Shown: positions 39,685 through 49,301, counted from the stretch's first letter. The stretch is DNA of 64,000 nucleotides from an uncultured delta proteobacterium (GCA_963815115.1 CAWFFN010000012.1:416001-480000), one strand, 5' to 3'. Notes: generated by a model from the letters alone, not told the origin. Program-made: numbers and translations.

Positions 39685-39911
39685 GCGATCATCCCCATGT
39701 CCTTGTCCCACTCGAGACTCCTCGCCGCGGCGGTTGCCGCCGACCGTCCCCCAGCCTACGGACGGTACACGGTTCCCGGATGGGTCGGGCGTGGGACGCA
39801 GATGGCCGGGGCGCCGCCGCTCGCCACACGTGCTCTCGCACGGAGGGGGGATCGGACGAGCGGCGACGCCCCGCAGGACAGCCGGGAGACGTGGGGTCCC
39901 CCCGACCGCGG

Positions 39912-41426
39912 TCAGTAGGAGAGCTGGAACTGCGTCAGGAGGACGTTCTCGTGGTCCCGTAGATGGTCGCCGAACTTCACCGGGGTGTCGAAGTCGGTGT
40001 GATACCAGTCCGCCTGGAGCTTGAAGTTCTTGTTCAGGTACCAGTTGACCCCGATCGCCCAGGTCGAGGCGTGCTGCGTCGAGTTGGGGGTCTTGGCGAA
40101 GCCGGTCGAGAAGGCCTTGGGATCGACGCCGAGGTAGCTGCCCTGGGCGGCGAGCTCGAAGGCGCCCCAGCGCCCGTTCAGCGGGTCGAAGGGGTTGATC
40201 GGGACGACTCCCTTGAAGGACGCGTCCTCGCCGGTGAGCACGTACGACGCCTGGACGAACCAGCCCTGGTTGTCGAACGTCTGGTCCAGCGTCGTCGTGG
40301 TCACCTTCTTGGTCTTGGAGTCCGTCACCTTCTCGGTGCGCTCGGCGCCGATGCTGGAGACGAGGTACTCGCCCATGAGCCCGAACGGCCCCCAGTAGTA
40401 GTAGCCCTGCGGGATGAAGCGATAGTGCGAGCCGTTCGCGAGCACCGTGATGGTGTCGGACGACGAGGTGGACGTGTCGTACGTGAAGAACGTCGAGCGG
40501 CCCGGCGTGCGGTACTGGATCTGGTTCAGGTTGTCGCCTTCCTTCGCCCGGCCGTAGTCGCCCGCGAAGCCGAAGCCGAAGCCCTTGAGCCAGTCGACGT
40601 CCGTGTTGGCCATGGGCGTCAGGAACAGGCGATAGTCGCCGTCGAAGTCCGACGTCGGATTGGAGTCCAGCAGCTGGTTGTCGAGCGCGCCGTCGAAGGC
40701 GCCGATCTGCCACTGGGCCAGACCGCCGAGGATGTCGCCCCCGACCTGGAAGCCGGTGTCGCGGTTGGGGGCGAGCTGGTTCGCGGTCGAGCGCTCGGCG
40801 AATAGCAGATCGGTCGCCGACTGCAGGCGCTCGAGGCTGAGCGGCGGCTTGAACTTGCCGCCGCGGAGCGACACCCACGGCTTGAAGTAGTTGACGTCGA
40901 AGTAGGCGTCGTAGATCTGGGTCTGGCTGTTGCCGAAGTCGGGCATGATCTTGAAGTCGAAGTACTTGTAGACCGTGCCCTCGACGATGGGCCGCACGCG
41001 GCGCAGGAAGATGCTGTCGGTGCCGGTGTCGCCCGACTCCTGCGGGAAGTCGCGGAACTGGGTCTGGAGATAGCCGCGTAGCTTCAGCTTGAAGTCGCCG
41101 CCCGGCGACTGGAGGTAGAAGCCGTCGTTCCAGCCGGCGAGGACCTTCTGCTTCTTCAACTTGTCGTCGACGATGGATTCGACCGCCGACTGGTCGAGCT
41201 GCGTCTCGACGTGTTGCTGCGGTGCGGGTGCCGTCGCCGCCCGGCTGCGCCTGGGTGCGGGCTGATCGAGCCCGTTCTCGCGGATGATCTGCTCGAGCCG
41301 GCGGACGCGCTCCTCGAGCTCCGCGCGGGTCGGCTCCTTCGCCACCACCACCCCCGGCGGTGCGACAAGCGCGGCGGTGAGGACGAGGCTCCAGAGCCTG
41401 CGTCTGTGTCGTGACCGGATGAACAT
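39912..41426 (-). CDS. OprO/OprP-family anion-selective porin
   Basis: Signal peptide, coiled coil, FLRRVRP, GKFKPPLSLERLQS, ASYVLTGE, GVNWYLN, terminal FQLSY. Confidence 0.87.
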   Translation of the reverse strand: MFIRSRHRRRLWSLVLTAALVAPPGVVVAKEPTRAELEERVRRLEQIIRENGLDQPAPRRSRAATAPAPQQHVETQLDQSAVESIVDDKLKKQKVLAGWNDGFYLQSPGGDFKLKLRGYLQTQFRDFPQESGDTGTDSIFLRRVRPIVEGTVYKYFDFKIMPDFGNSQTQIYDAYFDVNYFKPWVSLRGGKFKPPLSLERLQSATDLLFAERSTANQLAPNRDTGFQVGGDILGGLAQWQIGAFDGALDNQLLDSNPTSDFDGDYRLFLTPMANTDVDWLKGFGFGFAGDYGRAKEGDNLNQIQYRTPGRSTFFTYDTSTSSSDTITVLANGSHYRFIPQGYYYWGPFGLMGEYLVSSIGAERTEKVTDSKTKKVTTTTLDQTFDNQGWFVQASYVLTGEDASFKGVVPINPFDPLNGRWGAFELAAQGSYLGVDPKAFSTGFAKTPNSTQHASTWAIGVNWYLNKNFKLQADWYHTDFDTPVKFGDHLRDHENVLLTQFQLSY

Positions 41427-41557
41427 CGATGACTCCCCTCATCGCGTTCCTCCGGTGTCTCCGGTCGGTTCGCTTCGTCGTCGTGTCGTCCGCCTCCCGT
41501 GGTCGGGTCGGCCGGGTGGGTACGGGCGCGAGCCCTCGTTACCTCACCGCGTTCCGC

Positions 41558-41740
41558 TCATGACGCCCGGTCCCGCTTGTCGAGGCGGAACTTCTCCGTG
41601 CGTTCCACCTGCACCACCACCCCATCCTGGACGATGGCCGTCACCGTGCCGTAGCGCAGGCCGCGCAGGGCGGCGGTGATGCGCGCGAGCCCGTCGTGAG
41701 CCCGATCGAGCGGCACTCGGTCGTCGCCGTTCAGCCCCAT
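41558..41740 (-). CDS. DUF2292/YezD-like small protein
   Basis: LRGLRYGTVTAIVQDGVVVQVERTEKFRL; GAGGAA RBS; sits in a sulfate operon. Confidence 0.82.
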   Translation of the reverse strand: MGLNGDDRVPLDRAHDGLARITAALRGLRYGTVTAIVQDGVVVQVERTEKFRLDKRDRAS

Positions 41741-41764
41741 CTGTTCCTCCCCGAGGCCGCGGCC

Positions 41765-42823
41765 TCAGATCGCGTACTCCTGGACGAAGAGCCGCACCTG
41801 CCGCGGCGCCACGTACACGGTGTCGCCGACCTGCAGCCGCAGCTCGGCGTAGCGATCCCACGGGATGTCGACGTTGAGGACCACGCCGAACGCCTCCGAG
41901 TAGACCCGCACCTTCACCACCGGCCGCGCCGGGTTGACGTGCATCACCTTGACCTCGAGGCTGGGCCGGCCGTTCTTGGCGCGCAGGATCTCCAGCTCGT
42001 GCGAGCGGATGAACGCCGTCGCCGCACGCGACTCGTCGTGCGGATACTCGGGGTACGCCACCTCGAGGCTGCCGAGCCGTGCCCGGCCGGCCTGCACGCT
42101 GCCGTGGAAGACGTTCACGTTGCCGAGGAAGTCCATGACGAACGGGTTGGCGGGATGCTCGAAGATCTCGCCCGGCGTGCCGATCTGCTCGATGCGGCCC
42201 TTGTTCATGATCACGACGCGATCGGAGACCTCGAACGCTTCCTCCTGGTCGTGGGTGACGAACACGCTGGTGACGTGGATCTCGTCGTGCAGGCGGCGCA
42301 GCCACTAGCGCAGCTCCTGGCGCACCTTGGCGTCGAGTGCGCCGAAGGGCTCGTCGAGCAGCAGCACCTTCGGCTCCGCCGCCAGGGCGCGTGCGAGGGC
42401 GACGCGCTGGCGCTGGCCGCCGGAGAGCTGCGACGGCAGCGAGCGCTCGAGGCCTTCGAGCTGCACCAGCCGCAGCAGCTCGTGCACGCGGTCGCGGATC
42501 TGCGCCTTGGGGCGCTTGCGCACGCGCAGCCCGAAGGCGACGTTGTCGAAGACCGTCATGTGCCGGAACAGCGCATAGTGCTGGAAGACGAACCCGACGT
42601 TGCGCTCTCGCACCGCGGCATCGGTGACGTCCTCGTCCTTGTAGAGGACGGCGCCCGCGTCCGGCACCTCCAGCCCCGAGATGATGCGCAGCAGCGTCGT
42701 CTTGCCGGAGCCCGAGGGCCCCAGCAGGGCGAGCAGCTCGCCGTCCGGCACGTCGAGGCTCACGTTGTCGAGTGCCAGGAAGTTCCCGAAGCGCTTGGTG
42801 ACGTTCTTGACCGTGATGCTCAT
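41765..42823 (-). pseudogene. cysA: Sulfate ABC transporter ATP-binding subunit with in-frame TAG at 42305-42307
   Basis: [28 protein letters not shown], then QELR-stop-WLRRLHDEIHVTSVFVTHDQ in the same frame. Confidence 0.88.
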
Positions 42824-43713
42824 CCTTCTCCTCCGGTCGCGAGCATGCGCTCGTTCTCTGCCAGCTCGCGGCGTGTCTTCCACTCCAGCGTCGTCTTCAC
42901 CAGCAGGGTGACCAGCGCGAGCAGTGCGAGCACGGATGCCACGGCGAAGGCGCCGGGCATGTTGTACTCCTGGAACAGCTTCTCCACCCGCAGCGGCATC
43001 GTGTCGGTCTGTCCGGCGATGTGGCCGGAGACCACGTAGACCGCACCGAACTCGCCCATCGCGCGCGCGTTGCAGAGGATGACGCCGTAGAGCAGGCCCC
43101 ACTTGATGTTGGGCAGCGTGACGCGACGGAACAGCTGCCAGCCGCGCGCGCCGAGGCTGACGGCGGCCACCTCCTCCTCGGAGCCGAGCGCCTCCATCAG
43201 CGGGATCAGCTCGCGGGCGATCACGGGGAAGGTGACGAAGATGGTCGCCAGCACGAGTCCGGGGAAGGCGAACACGACCTTCACGTCGTGCGCGCGCAGC
43301 CACGGGCCGAAGATGCCCTGGAGCCCGAAGAGCAGCAGCAGGAACAGGCCCGCGACCACCGGCGACACCGTGAACGGCAGGTCGATGAGGGCGGTGAGGA
43401 AGGCGCGGCCGGGGAAGCGGAAGCGGGCGATCGCCCAGGCCGCGGCGATGCCGAAGATCAGGTTCAGCAGCACCGCGACCGGGGCCACCAGCAGCGTGAG
43501 CATGATCGAGTGGAGCGTGTCGGGGTCGTGGACCAGGTTGTCCCAGTAGGTTCGCAGCCCTGCCGAGAACGCCTGCACGAAGACGACCACGAGCGGAATC
43601 ACCACCAGGAAGATCATGACCGCGAGCGCCATGCCGATGAGCAGCCGGCGCACGATCGGCGGGTCCTCGTGCGCGCGCAGGTAGCCGGGGGCCGACGGTG
43701 GGTGTTCAGCCAT
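42820..43713 (-). CDS. cysW: Sulfate ABC transporter permease
   Basis: [45 protein letters not shown]. Confidence 0.95.
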   Translation of the reverse strand: MAEHPPSAPGYLRAHEDPPIVRRLLIGMALAVMIFLVVIPLVVVFVQAFSAGLRTYWDNLVHDPDTLHSIMLTLLVAPVAVLLNLIFGIAAAWAIARFRFPGRAFLTALIDLPFTVSPVVAGLFLLLLFGLQGIFGPWLRAHDVKVVFAFPGLVLATIFVTFPVIARELIPLMEALGSEEEVAAVSLGARGWQLFRRVTLPNIKWGLLYGVILCNARAMGEFGAVYVVSGHIAGQTDTMPLRVEKLFQEYNMPGAFAVASVLALLALVTLLVKTTLEWKTRRELAENERMLATGGEG

Positions 43714-44532
43714 GGTGGCGCGTGCTCCAGCGTTCGAGGAGGTTGATGGCGAAGAGGGTGACGAACGAGATGGCGAGGAGCACCACCGCGATCGCCGTCG
43801 CCTCGGCGTAGTTGAACTCCTCCAGGCGCGCGACCACGAGCACCGGCGCGATCTCCGTCCTGAACGGCATGTTGCCGGAGACGAAGACCACCGAGCCGTA
43901 CTCGCCGAGCGAGCGGGCGAAGGCCAGCGCGAAGCCGGTGATGATCGCCGGGGTGATCGAGGGCAGGATCACCTTGACGGCCGTCTGGAAGCGATTCGCC
44001 CCGAGGCACGCCGAGGCCTCCTCGACGTCGCGCTCCAGACCCTCGAGCACCGGCTGAACCGTGCGGACGACGAACGGGAAGCCGATGAAGACCAGCACGA
44101 TGACGATGCCGAGGCGCGAGTACGCGCCCTGGATGCCGAGCGGCACGAGGAAGCGCCCGAACCAGCCGCCCTTCACCAGCAGGCTCGAGTAGACCAGGCC
44201 GGCGACCGCGGTCGGCAGCGCGAACGGCAAATCGACCAGGGCGTCGAACAGGCGCTTGAGCGGGAAGTCGTAGCGCACCAGCACCCAGGCCACCAGCACT
44301 CCGAGCACGAGGTTGATGGCGGCGGATGTGAAGGACACGCCGAGCGTGAGCAGGTACGCCGCCACGCGCGCTCGGAGGAGACCGCCGCCCAGAAGGCGTC
44401 GAGCGAGAGGCTGGACGCCTTCCAGAAGCCCGCCGCCATCGGAACGAGCACCACCAGCGACAGGTAGAACATCGTGTAGCCGAGGCTGAGCGCAAAGCCC
44501 GGCAGCACCCGGCGATTCACATCGGCCGTCAT
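43706..44532 (-). pseudogene. cysT: Sulfate ABC transporter permease with a 1-nt frameshift near 44366
   Basis: N-terminus MTADVNRRVLPGFALSLG..SSERA in one frame; VAAYLL..DLPFALPTAVAG..RTVQPVL in the next. Confidence 0.85.
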
Positions 44533-44554
44533 GACGTTCGTCCCCGATCGGCGC

Positions 44555-45550
44555 TCACTTGGGCTTGTAGAAGCTGTCGAACACGCCGCCGTCGCCGAAG
44601 TACTTGGCGGAGGCGTCGTCCCAGCTCTTGGCCACGGTGGTGATGTCGAAGCGCTTGATGTCCGGGAATTGCGCGGCGTACTTCGCGGCCACGGCGGGAT
44701 CGCTCGGGCGGTAGTAGTTCTTCGCGATGATCTCCTGCCCCTCGGGCGTGTAGAGGAACTCCAGGTACGCCTTCGCGACCTCGGCGGTGCCCTTGTGGTC
44801 GACGTTCTTGTCGACCCAGGCGACGTGGGGCTGCGCCAGGATGCTGCTCGAGGGATAGACGATCTCGACCTCGCCGCCGGCCTCCTGCACCTCCAGCTTC
44901 GCCTCGTTCTCCCAGGCGAGGTGGACGTCGCCGATGTTCTTCTCCACGAAGGTGACCGTCGAGCCGCGCGCGCCGAGGTCCAAGACGGGGGTCTGCGCAT
45001 ACAGCTTCTTCACGAAGTCGAGCGCGTCCGCGTCCGAGCCGCCGTGCTCCTTCACGTAGCCCCAGGCGGCGAGGAAGGAGAGCTTGCCGTTGCCCGAGGT
45101 CTTCGGATTGGGCGTCACGATCTCGACGCCGGGCTTCACGATGTCGGGCCAGTCCTTGATGCCCTTCGGGTTGCCCTTGCGCACCACGAAGACGATCGTC
45201 GAGGTGTAGGGCAGGGAATCGTTCGGCAGCCGCTTGGTCCAGTCGGCGGGCATCAGCCCCGCCTTCGCGATGGCGTCGGTGTCGCCCCACAGCGCGAGCG
45301 TGACGACGTCGGCGTCGAGCCCGTCGATCACGGCGCGCGCCTGCGTGCCCGAGCCGCCATGCGACTGCTTGATCGAGACCTCGTTGCCCGTCTTCGCCTT
45401 GTACTGCGCGGCGAAGGCCGCGTTGATCGCCTTGTAGAGCTCGCGCGTCGGATCGTACGAGACGTTGAGGAGCTCGTACGAGGCGGCGCCCGCGGTGGAT
45501 CCGGCGAGCGCCATGGCGGCGAGGAACAGTAGTGCGGTTCGGTGGCGCAT
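44555..45550 (-). CDS. sbp: Sulfate-binding periplasmic protein
   Basis: [36 protein letters not shown]. Confidence 0.96.
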   Translation of the reverse strand: MRHRTALLFLAAMALAGSTAGAASYELLNVSYDPTRELYKAINAAFAAQYKAKTGNEVSIKQSHGGSGTQARAVIDGLDADVVTLALWGDTDAIAKAGLMPADWTKRLPNDSLPYTSTIVFVVRKGNPKGIKDWPDIVKPGVEIVTPNPKTSGNGKLSFLAAWGYVKEHGGSDADALDFVKKLYAQTPVLDLGARGSTVTFVEKNIGDVHLAWENEAKLEVQEAGGEVEIVYPSSSILAQPHVAWVDKNVDHKGTAEVAKAYLEFLYTPEGQEIIAKNYYRPSDPAVAAKYAAQFPDIKRFDITTVAKSWDDASAKYFGDGGVFDSFYKPK

Positions 45551-45670
45551 GGAGTCGTCTCCTCTGCCCTGATGCGTCAGGGGATGGCGGCCCCTTGCGC
45601 CGCGATGGCGCTGGGGATCCAGGTGATGTCGGACGGATTGGGGCGGCGGGACCGCCAGACCGGGTAGACG

Positions 45671-45847
45671 CTATGCGGCGATCCGGTCGGGGCGACAAAG
45701 ACCCCCCCGAGAGGCGGTGTGCTCCGCGGCCAGTGCTGCGGCGTGCACGGCGCGGGCCGCCTCGCGGAGCGCGCGGGGGTTGTCCGAGATGGAGCGCAGG
45801 TGCCGCTTCGTCCTCAGCCACCGGTTGTGCATCTGCTTCGTCGTCAT
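45671..45847 (-). CDS. 58-aa basic hypothetical protein (MTTKQMHNRWLRTKRHLRS...)
   Basis: Translated by hand, shorter than anything in the ORF track; GAGGAGGG RBS before ATG 45847; TAG at 45671-45673. Confidence 0.55.
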   Translation of the reverse strand: MTTKQMHNRWLRTKRHLRSISDNPRALREAARAVHAAALAAEHTASRGGLCRPDRIAA

Positions 45848-45920
45848 CGCTCGTCCCTCCTCGGGGGTTGGTGTGTGTCGTCGTCCTCTCGAGCCGTCGG
45901 CTCGAATTGGCGGCTCCGCG

Positions 45921-45962
45921 AAAAAACAAAGGCCCGGGAGGCTGGAGCCGCCCGGGCCTTTG
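45921..45962 (-). terminator. Intrinsic terminator in the sulfate operon leader (attenuator)
   Basis: Minus strand CAAAGGCCCGGG-c-GGC-tcca-GCC-t-CCCGGGCCTTTG followed by TTTTTT. Confidence 0.85.
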
Positions 45963-45984
45963 GTTCACACGAGGTCGTCGAGGA

Positions 45985-46080
45985 TCAGGACGTCACAGCG
46001 ACGAGCGCGACGCGACCGAAGTCACGGGTGGCCACCCGGGCCTCGATACAACAACAAGGCGTCGCGAGATGCGTTCGCAC
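45985..46080 (-). CDS. Cys-Cys-Cys leader peptide, 31 aa (MRTHLATPCCCIEARVATRDFGRVALVAVTS)
   Basis: GTG at 46080, TGT-TGT-TGT at 46056-46048, TGA at 45987-45985, 22 nt before the terminator stem. Confidence 0.75.
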   Translation of the reverse strand: MRTHLATPCCCIEARVATRDFGRVALVAVTS

Positions 46081-46088
46081 GGCGATGG

Positions 46089-46117
46089 GCTATGCCCCAG
46101 CCGTCCAGCGGTGTCAA
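46089..46117 (-). promoter_or_regulatory. Candidate sigma70 promoter for the sulfate operon
   Basis: TTGACA (46117-46112), 17-nt spacer, weak -10 CATAGC; 8 nt before the leader GTG. Confidence 0.55.
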
Positions 46118-46190
46118 GCAGCAGGCAAGAGGCGACCGCTTCCATGGCCGTGCTTTACAGCCCGGGACCCTTGTGGCCAGGCTACGCGCC

Positions 46191-47117
46191 GTGCTCCAGC
46201 GCCGAGGTGTCCTTCTCCCCCTCCTTCTCACATGCGCCCTGGTCCCGGCATGCGGCCGGGAGGATCGGAAGACCGCCGTCGCACCGCGGCCCCGGACCTC
46301 GCCGCGCACCGTACGCATCACCATGGACGCCTTGCACCAGCTCGGCGGCGTCCCTGCGGGCTGGCAGCTGACGCCGCTCCCCGGCGACGTCGAGGCCGGC
46401 CGCAGGACCTTCCAGGACCTCGGCTGCGCATCCTGCCACAAGGTCGCCGGCGAGGCGTTCGCGGACCAGGCGACGGGAGGTCCCGGGCCCGAGCTGACCG
46501 GCATGGGCAGCCACCATCCCCCGGCCTACTTCCTCGAGTCGATCCTCAATCCAGACGCCGTGCTGGTCGATGGGCCGGGCTACGTGAGCGCGGAAGGTCA
46601 CTCCGCGATGCCGACGTATCCGGATCTGCCCATCGCGCAGCTCGAGGACCTGGTGGCCTATCTGAGCTCGCTCACCTCCGGCGATCCTCACGCCGGGCAC
46701 GCGATGCCCATGGCCGGCGCGCCGTCGAGCCCGGCGGACCGGCCGACACCCCCGACGACGCCCGCGGGCAGCTTCTTCGTGCAGACCTACGACGTGCAGC
46801 CCGGGAAGGTGAAGGACTTCGAAGCCTGGTTCCAGCGCGAGGGGGCGAAGAAGTTCCTCACCGTCGACGGCCTCGTCGGCGTCGATACCTACGTCGACGG
46901 GACGCGCCCGACGCAGGCCGTGACGACGGTGTTCGGCTTCCGTGACGACGCGGCCCTGAACGCCTTCATGAGCGCCCACGATCCCGGTGCCGTCGCCGTC
47001 GGGAGTGAGTTCGACGCCTTCGTCGGGCCCCACGATCACAAGATCTTCCGCGCACCGCCGGTGTATCGCGCGCCCTCGCTGTCGACGCCCCTGCGCGTGC
47101 CCAGCCTGCGGGAATGA
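46191..47117 (+). CDS. Monoheme cytochrome c lipoprotein with an extra C-terminal domain
   Basis: LVPAC lipobox-like, CASCH, GPELT, ESILNP, SAMP axial Met; start placed at GTG 46191. Confidence 0.8.
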   Translation: MLQRRGVLLPLLLTCALVPACGREDRKTAVAPRPRTSPRTVRITMDALHQLGGVPAGWQLTPLPGDVEAGRRTFQDLGCASCHKVAGEAFADQATGGPGPELTGMGSHHPPAYFLESILNPDAVLVDGPGYVSAEGHSAMPTYPDLPIAQLEDLVAYLSSLTSGDPHAGHAMPMAGAPSSPADRPTPPTTPAGSFFVQTYDVQPGKVKDFEAWFQREGAKKFLTVDGLVGVDTYVDGTRPTQAVTTVFGFRDDAALNAFMSAHDPGAVAVGSEFDAFVGPHDHKIFRAPPVYRAPSLSTPLRVPSLRE

Positions 47118-47313
47118 GCGCGTCTCGGGCGGCAACGGGCGGTCGGTGCACGCCCCGAGCTCGGCCGCAGTTGCCCGACCAGCACCGCAAACGAATCTCA
47201 CGCCGGCGGCGACGCCCCGGAGGGTCCGCCGACGGAAACGGCGCCGCCGGATCGCTGCGCGTTCGAACCTGCGGCGCAGCGACCCGGCGGCGGACTCGTG
47301 GAGGGCCGGGAAC

Positions 47314-48576
47314 CTACCGGGTCTTCGGCAGCACGCTCACCTGGACCGGGAGGATCATCGCCCCCGGACCGGGGAGCCCGGACGTGATGTTGACGGTCGC
47401 CGACTGGGTCGCCCCGATGCAGAACGTCGCCGCGAGGGCACCGGTTTGCCCATCGGTCGCCCGCTTGCCGGCGCGCTGGATGGTGCCGCCGTCGCCCGTG
47501 GGAAAGCACGGCTGTGTCGTGTCGTTGGAGCAGCACACCTGCGAGATGCCGCCCTTGGAGTCGATGCACTGCCCGTCGGCAGTCGTGGCGGCGCACGCAG
47601 CGCCCGTGCAACCAGCGCTGCAGGTGCCGGCCCCGCCGCAAAAATCGTCCTGCGTCTGCCCCACGCTCTTGCAGGGCAGCGAACCGGGCACGCTCTGGGC
47701 CCCTTCGGTGCTCAGCGGAAGATCGAGATCGAGGGTGCCCGCGATCGCGCTCGCCGGAGGGATGCATTCGCCCGCCAGGAAGTAGTTCGGGTTCCCGGCG
47801 CCCTGCGCAACGTAGTCGACGCCGCTGACGGTGCACGTCGCACCGGGGTTCCGGGCGGAGCTCGAGCACGTGCCCTGGCTCCCGATCGCGCCGCTGCCCC
47901 CGCTCACGACGCAACGCGGGCAAACCTCCTGGGAGCCGGTGATGTAGACGTCGGAGAACAGCTTCACGTCGCCCGTGCTCTTGCCGGTGGCGAGGTCGAA
48001 GGTGCTCGTGATCGTCGAGTCCTGGTACCGGTTGACGACGCACACCGGAATGTTGGCGGCGACCAGGGGGAGAGGAGCACCGAAGGTCGGACCGTTCAGG
48101 CTGTCGTTGCCGGTCGTCCCCGTACCCGTGCAGGTCGTGGCGCCGCTCCGGTCGCACCCGCTCAGGCAGTACTTGAGCGTCGAGCCGCCCAGGATCGGGA
48201 AGTTGTGCGACACGCCGGTGACGCCGTTGTCGAGGTCGCTGCCGTTGCCGCGCGCGGGGTTGCCGGGATCGACGAGCGGCACCGTCAGGGTGAGCTGGGT
48301 CGGCAGATCGGACGGCGTGCGCGTGCATTCCGAGGATGACAGTTGACCCGAAACGGTCCCACACCAGGCTGCCGTGCCCACCTTCCGGCACTGGCGCACT
48401 TCACGGGCCTTGCATGCGGCCCGGCGCCCACGGCGGAGCCCGTCACAATCTTCCGCGATCTTCGGGCCGCACACGGAGCGGCACTCGGCCTTCGAGGCCG
48501 CCGGCTTCGCGTGTGCGAGCTGACCGCCCGCAAGAACGGCGACGCCAAGAACGGCTGCAATGCAGAACTGCCTCAC
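47314..48576 (-). CDS. Cys-rich secreted protein, paralog of the 13135-14678 gene
   Basis: GGAGGAG RBS and signal peptide; shared blocks GSDLDNG.TG.SHNFPI, SLNG.TFGAPLPL, KGGISQ.CCSN, GLPGPGA. Confidence 0.85.
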   Translation of the reverse strand: MRQFCIAAVLGVAVLAGGQLAHAKPAASKAECRSVCGPKIAEDCDGLRRGRRAACKAREVRQCRKVGTAAWCGTVSGQLSSSECTRTPSDLPTQLTLTVPLVDPGNPARGNGSDLDNGVTGVSHNFPILGGSTLKYCLSGCDRSGATTCTGTGTTGNDSLNGPTFGAPLPLVAANIPVCVVNRYQDSTITSTFDLATGKSTGDVKLFSDVYITGSQEVCPRCVVSGGSGAIGSQGTCSSSARNPGATCTVSGVDYVAQGAGNPNYFLAGECIPPASAIAGTLDLDLPLSTEGAQSVPGSLPCKSVGQTQDDFCGGAGTCSAGCTGAACAATTADGQCIDSKGGISQVCCSNDTTQPCFPTGDGGTIQRAGKRATDGQTGALAATFCIGATQSATVNITSGLPGPGAMILPVQVSVLPKTR

Positions 48577-49046
48577 GATGGTGCTCCTCCGGTCACGTGG
48601 ACCGAGATGATTCGGGGATGCTGCCGACTCCCCTACGGTTCGCTGGCTGGTACACGCGGACATTGCCTGGTGAGGGAGCAAGGACGATGCCGTACGGTCG
48701 CGCCGAGATTCCGAGGGGTTACCGCGCCGCGGCGAGCTGCTGGTCGTCTACCGATTCGAAAGGAAACGATGCCCCGGGCGTGCGCTGCCCGGGCAGGCGG
48801 GGGACGCAGCGCCCGAACGAGCCGCTCGAGCGCGAGGACTCGGTCGCGAGACGACCTCGATCTCCCACCGAGACCGTCGGGTCGATGACCGGTTTCTAAG
48901 AAAGTTTGGGGGATGTGACGGGCCGCCGCTCCTTTTCCGCGAGCGTGACGCAAACTCCGAACTCCGACGCTCGGCCAGTCGAGCCCGGGGGCGTCGGCGG
49001 TGCCACGGTCGCTCACGGCGCCGGTCTCGGCTAGACTCCGGGATCG

Positions 49047-49301
49047 ATGCGGGCAGAGGACGCGCAGGCGTTCATGCGGCGGGACTGGGCCGCGGTGGCT
49101 GCCGCCAAGGATGCCGCGTGGCTCGAGGTGCGACGCACCGATGGGATCACGGGTGTCATCCGCATTGCGGACGAGCTCCGCGAGCAGGCCCTCCTCCTGC
49201 ACCCTCACTGGCCCTCCGAGGAGGAGCGTGCCGAAGATCTCTCGACGCACACGCGCGTCGCGGAGGCGATGCGCCGTGCCGGCCAGGACCGCCGCGGGTA
49301 G
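49047..49301 (+). CDS. Small hypothetical protein, possible antitoxin-like partner
   Basis: 84 aa with RRDW and WPS..ER..DL; overlaps the nucleotidyltransferase fragment; TAGACT -10-like element upstream. Confidence 0.65.
   Translation: MRAEDAQAFMRRDWAAVAAAKDAAWLEVRRTDGITGVIRIADELREQALLLHPHWPSEEERAEDLSTHTRVAEAMRRAGQDRRG

Noticed and set aside
42305-42307. Pyrrolysine or genome-wide amber recoding in cysA
   Set aside because: TAG ends many ordinary genes here (selB, selD, tonB) and no pyl genes are in the window.
47049-47062. RAPP near the cytochrome c C-terminus as an arrest motif
   Set aside because: The next gene is convergent, so there is no downstream target; probably chance.
48600-49040. 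Riboswitch or ncRNA in the long intergenic region
   Set aside because: Only fragments such as GAAA and GGGACGCA; no consensus could be assembled by eye. A covariance-model search is needed.
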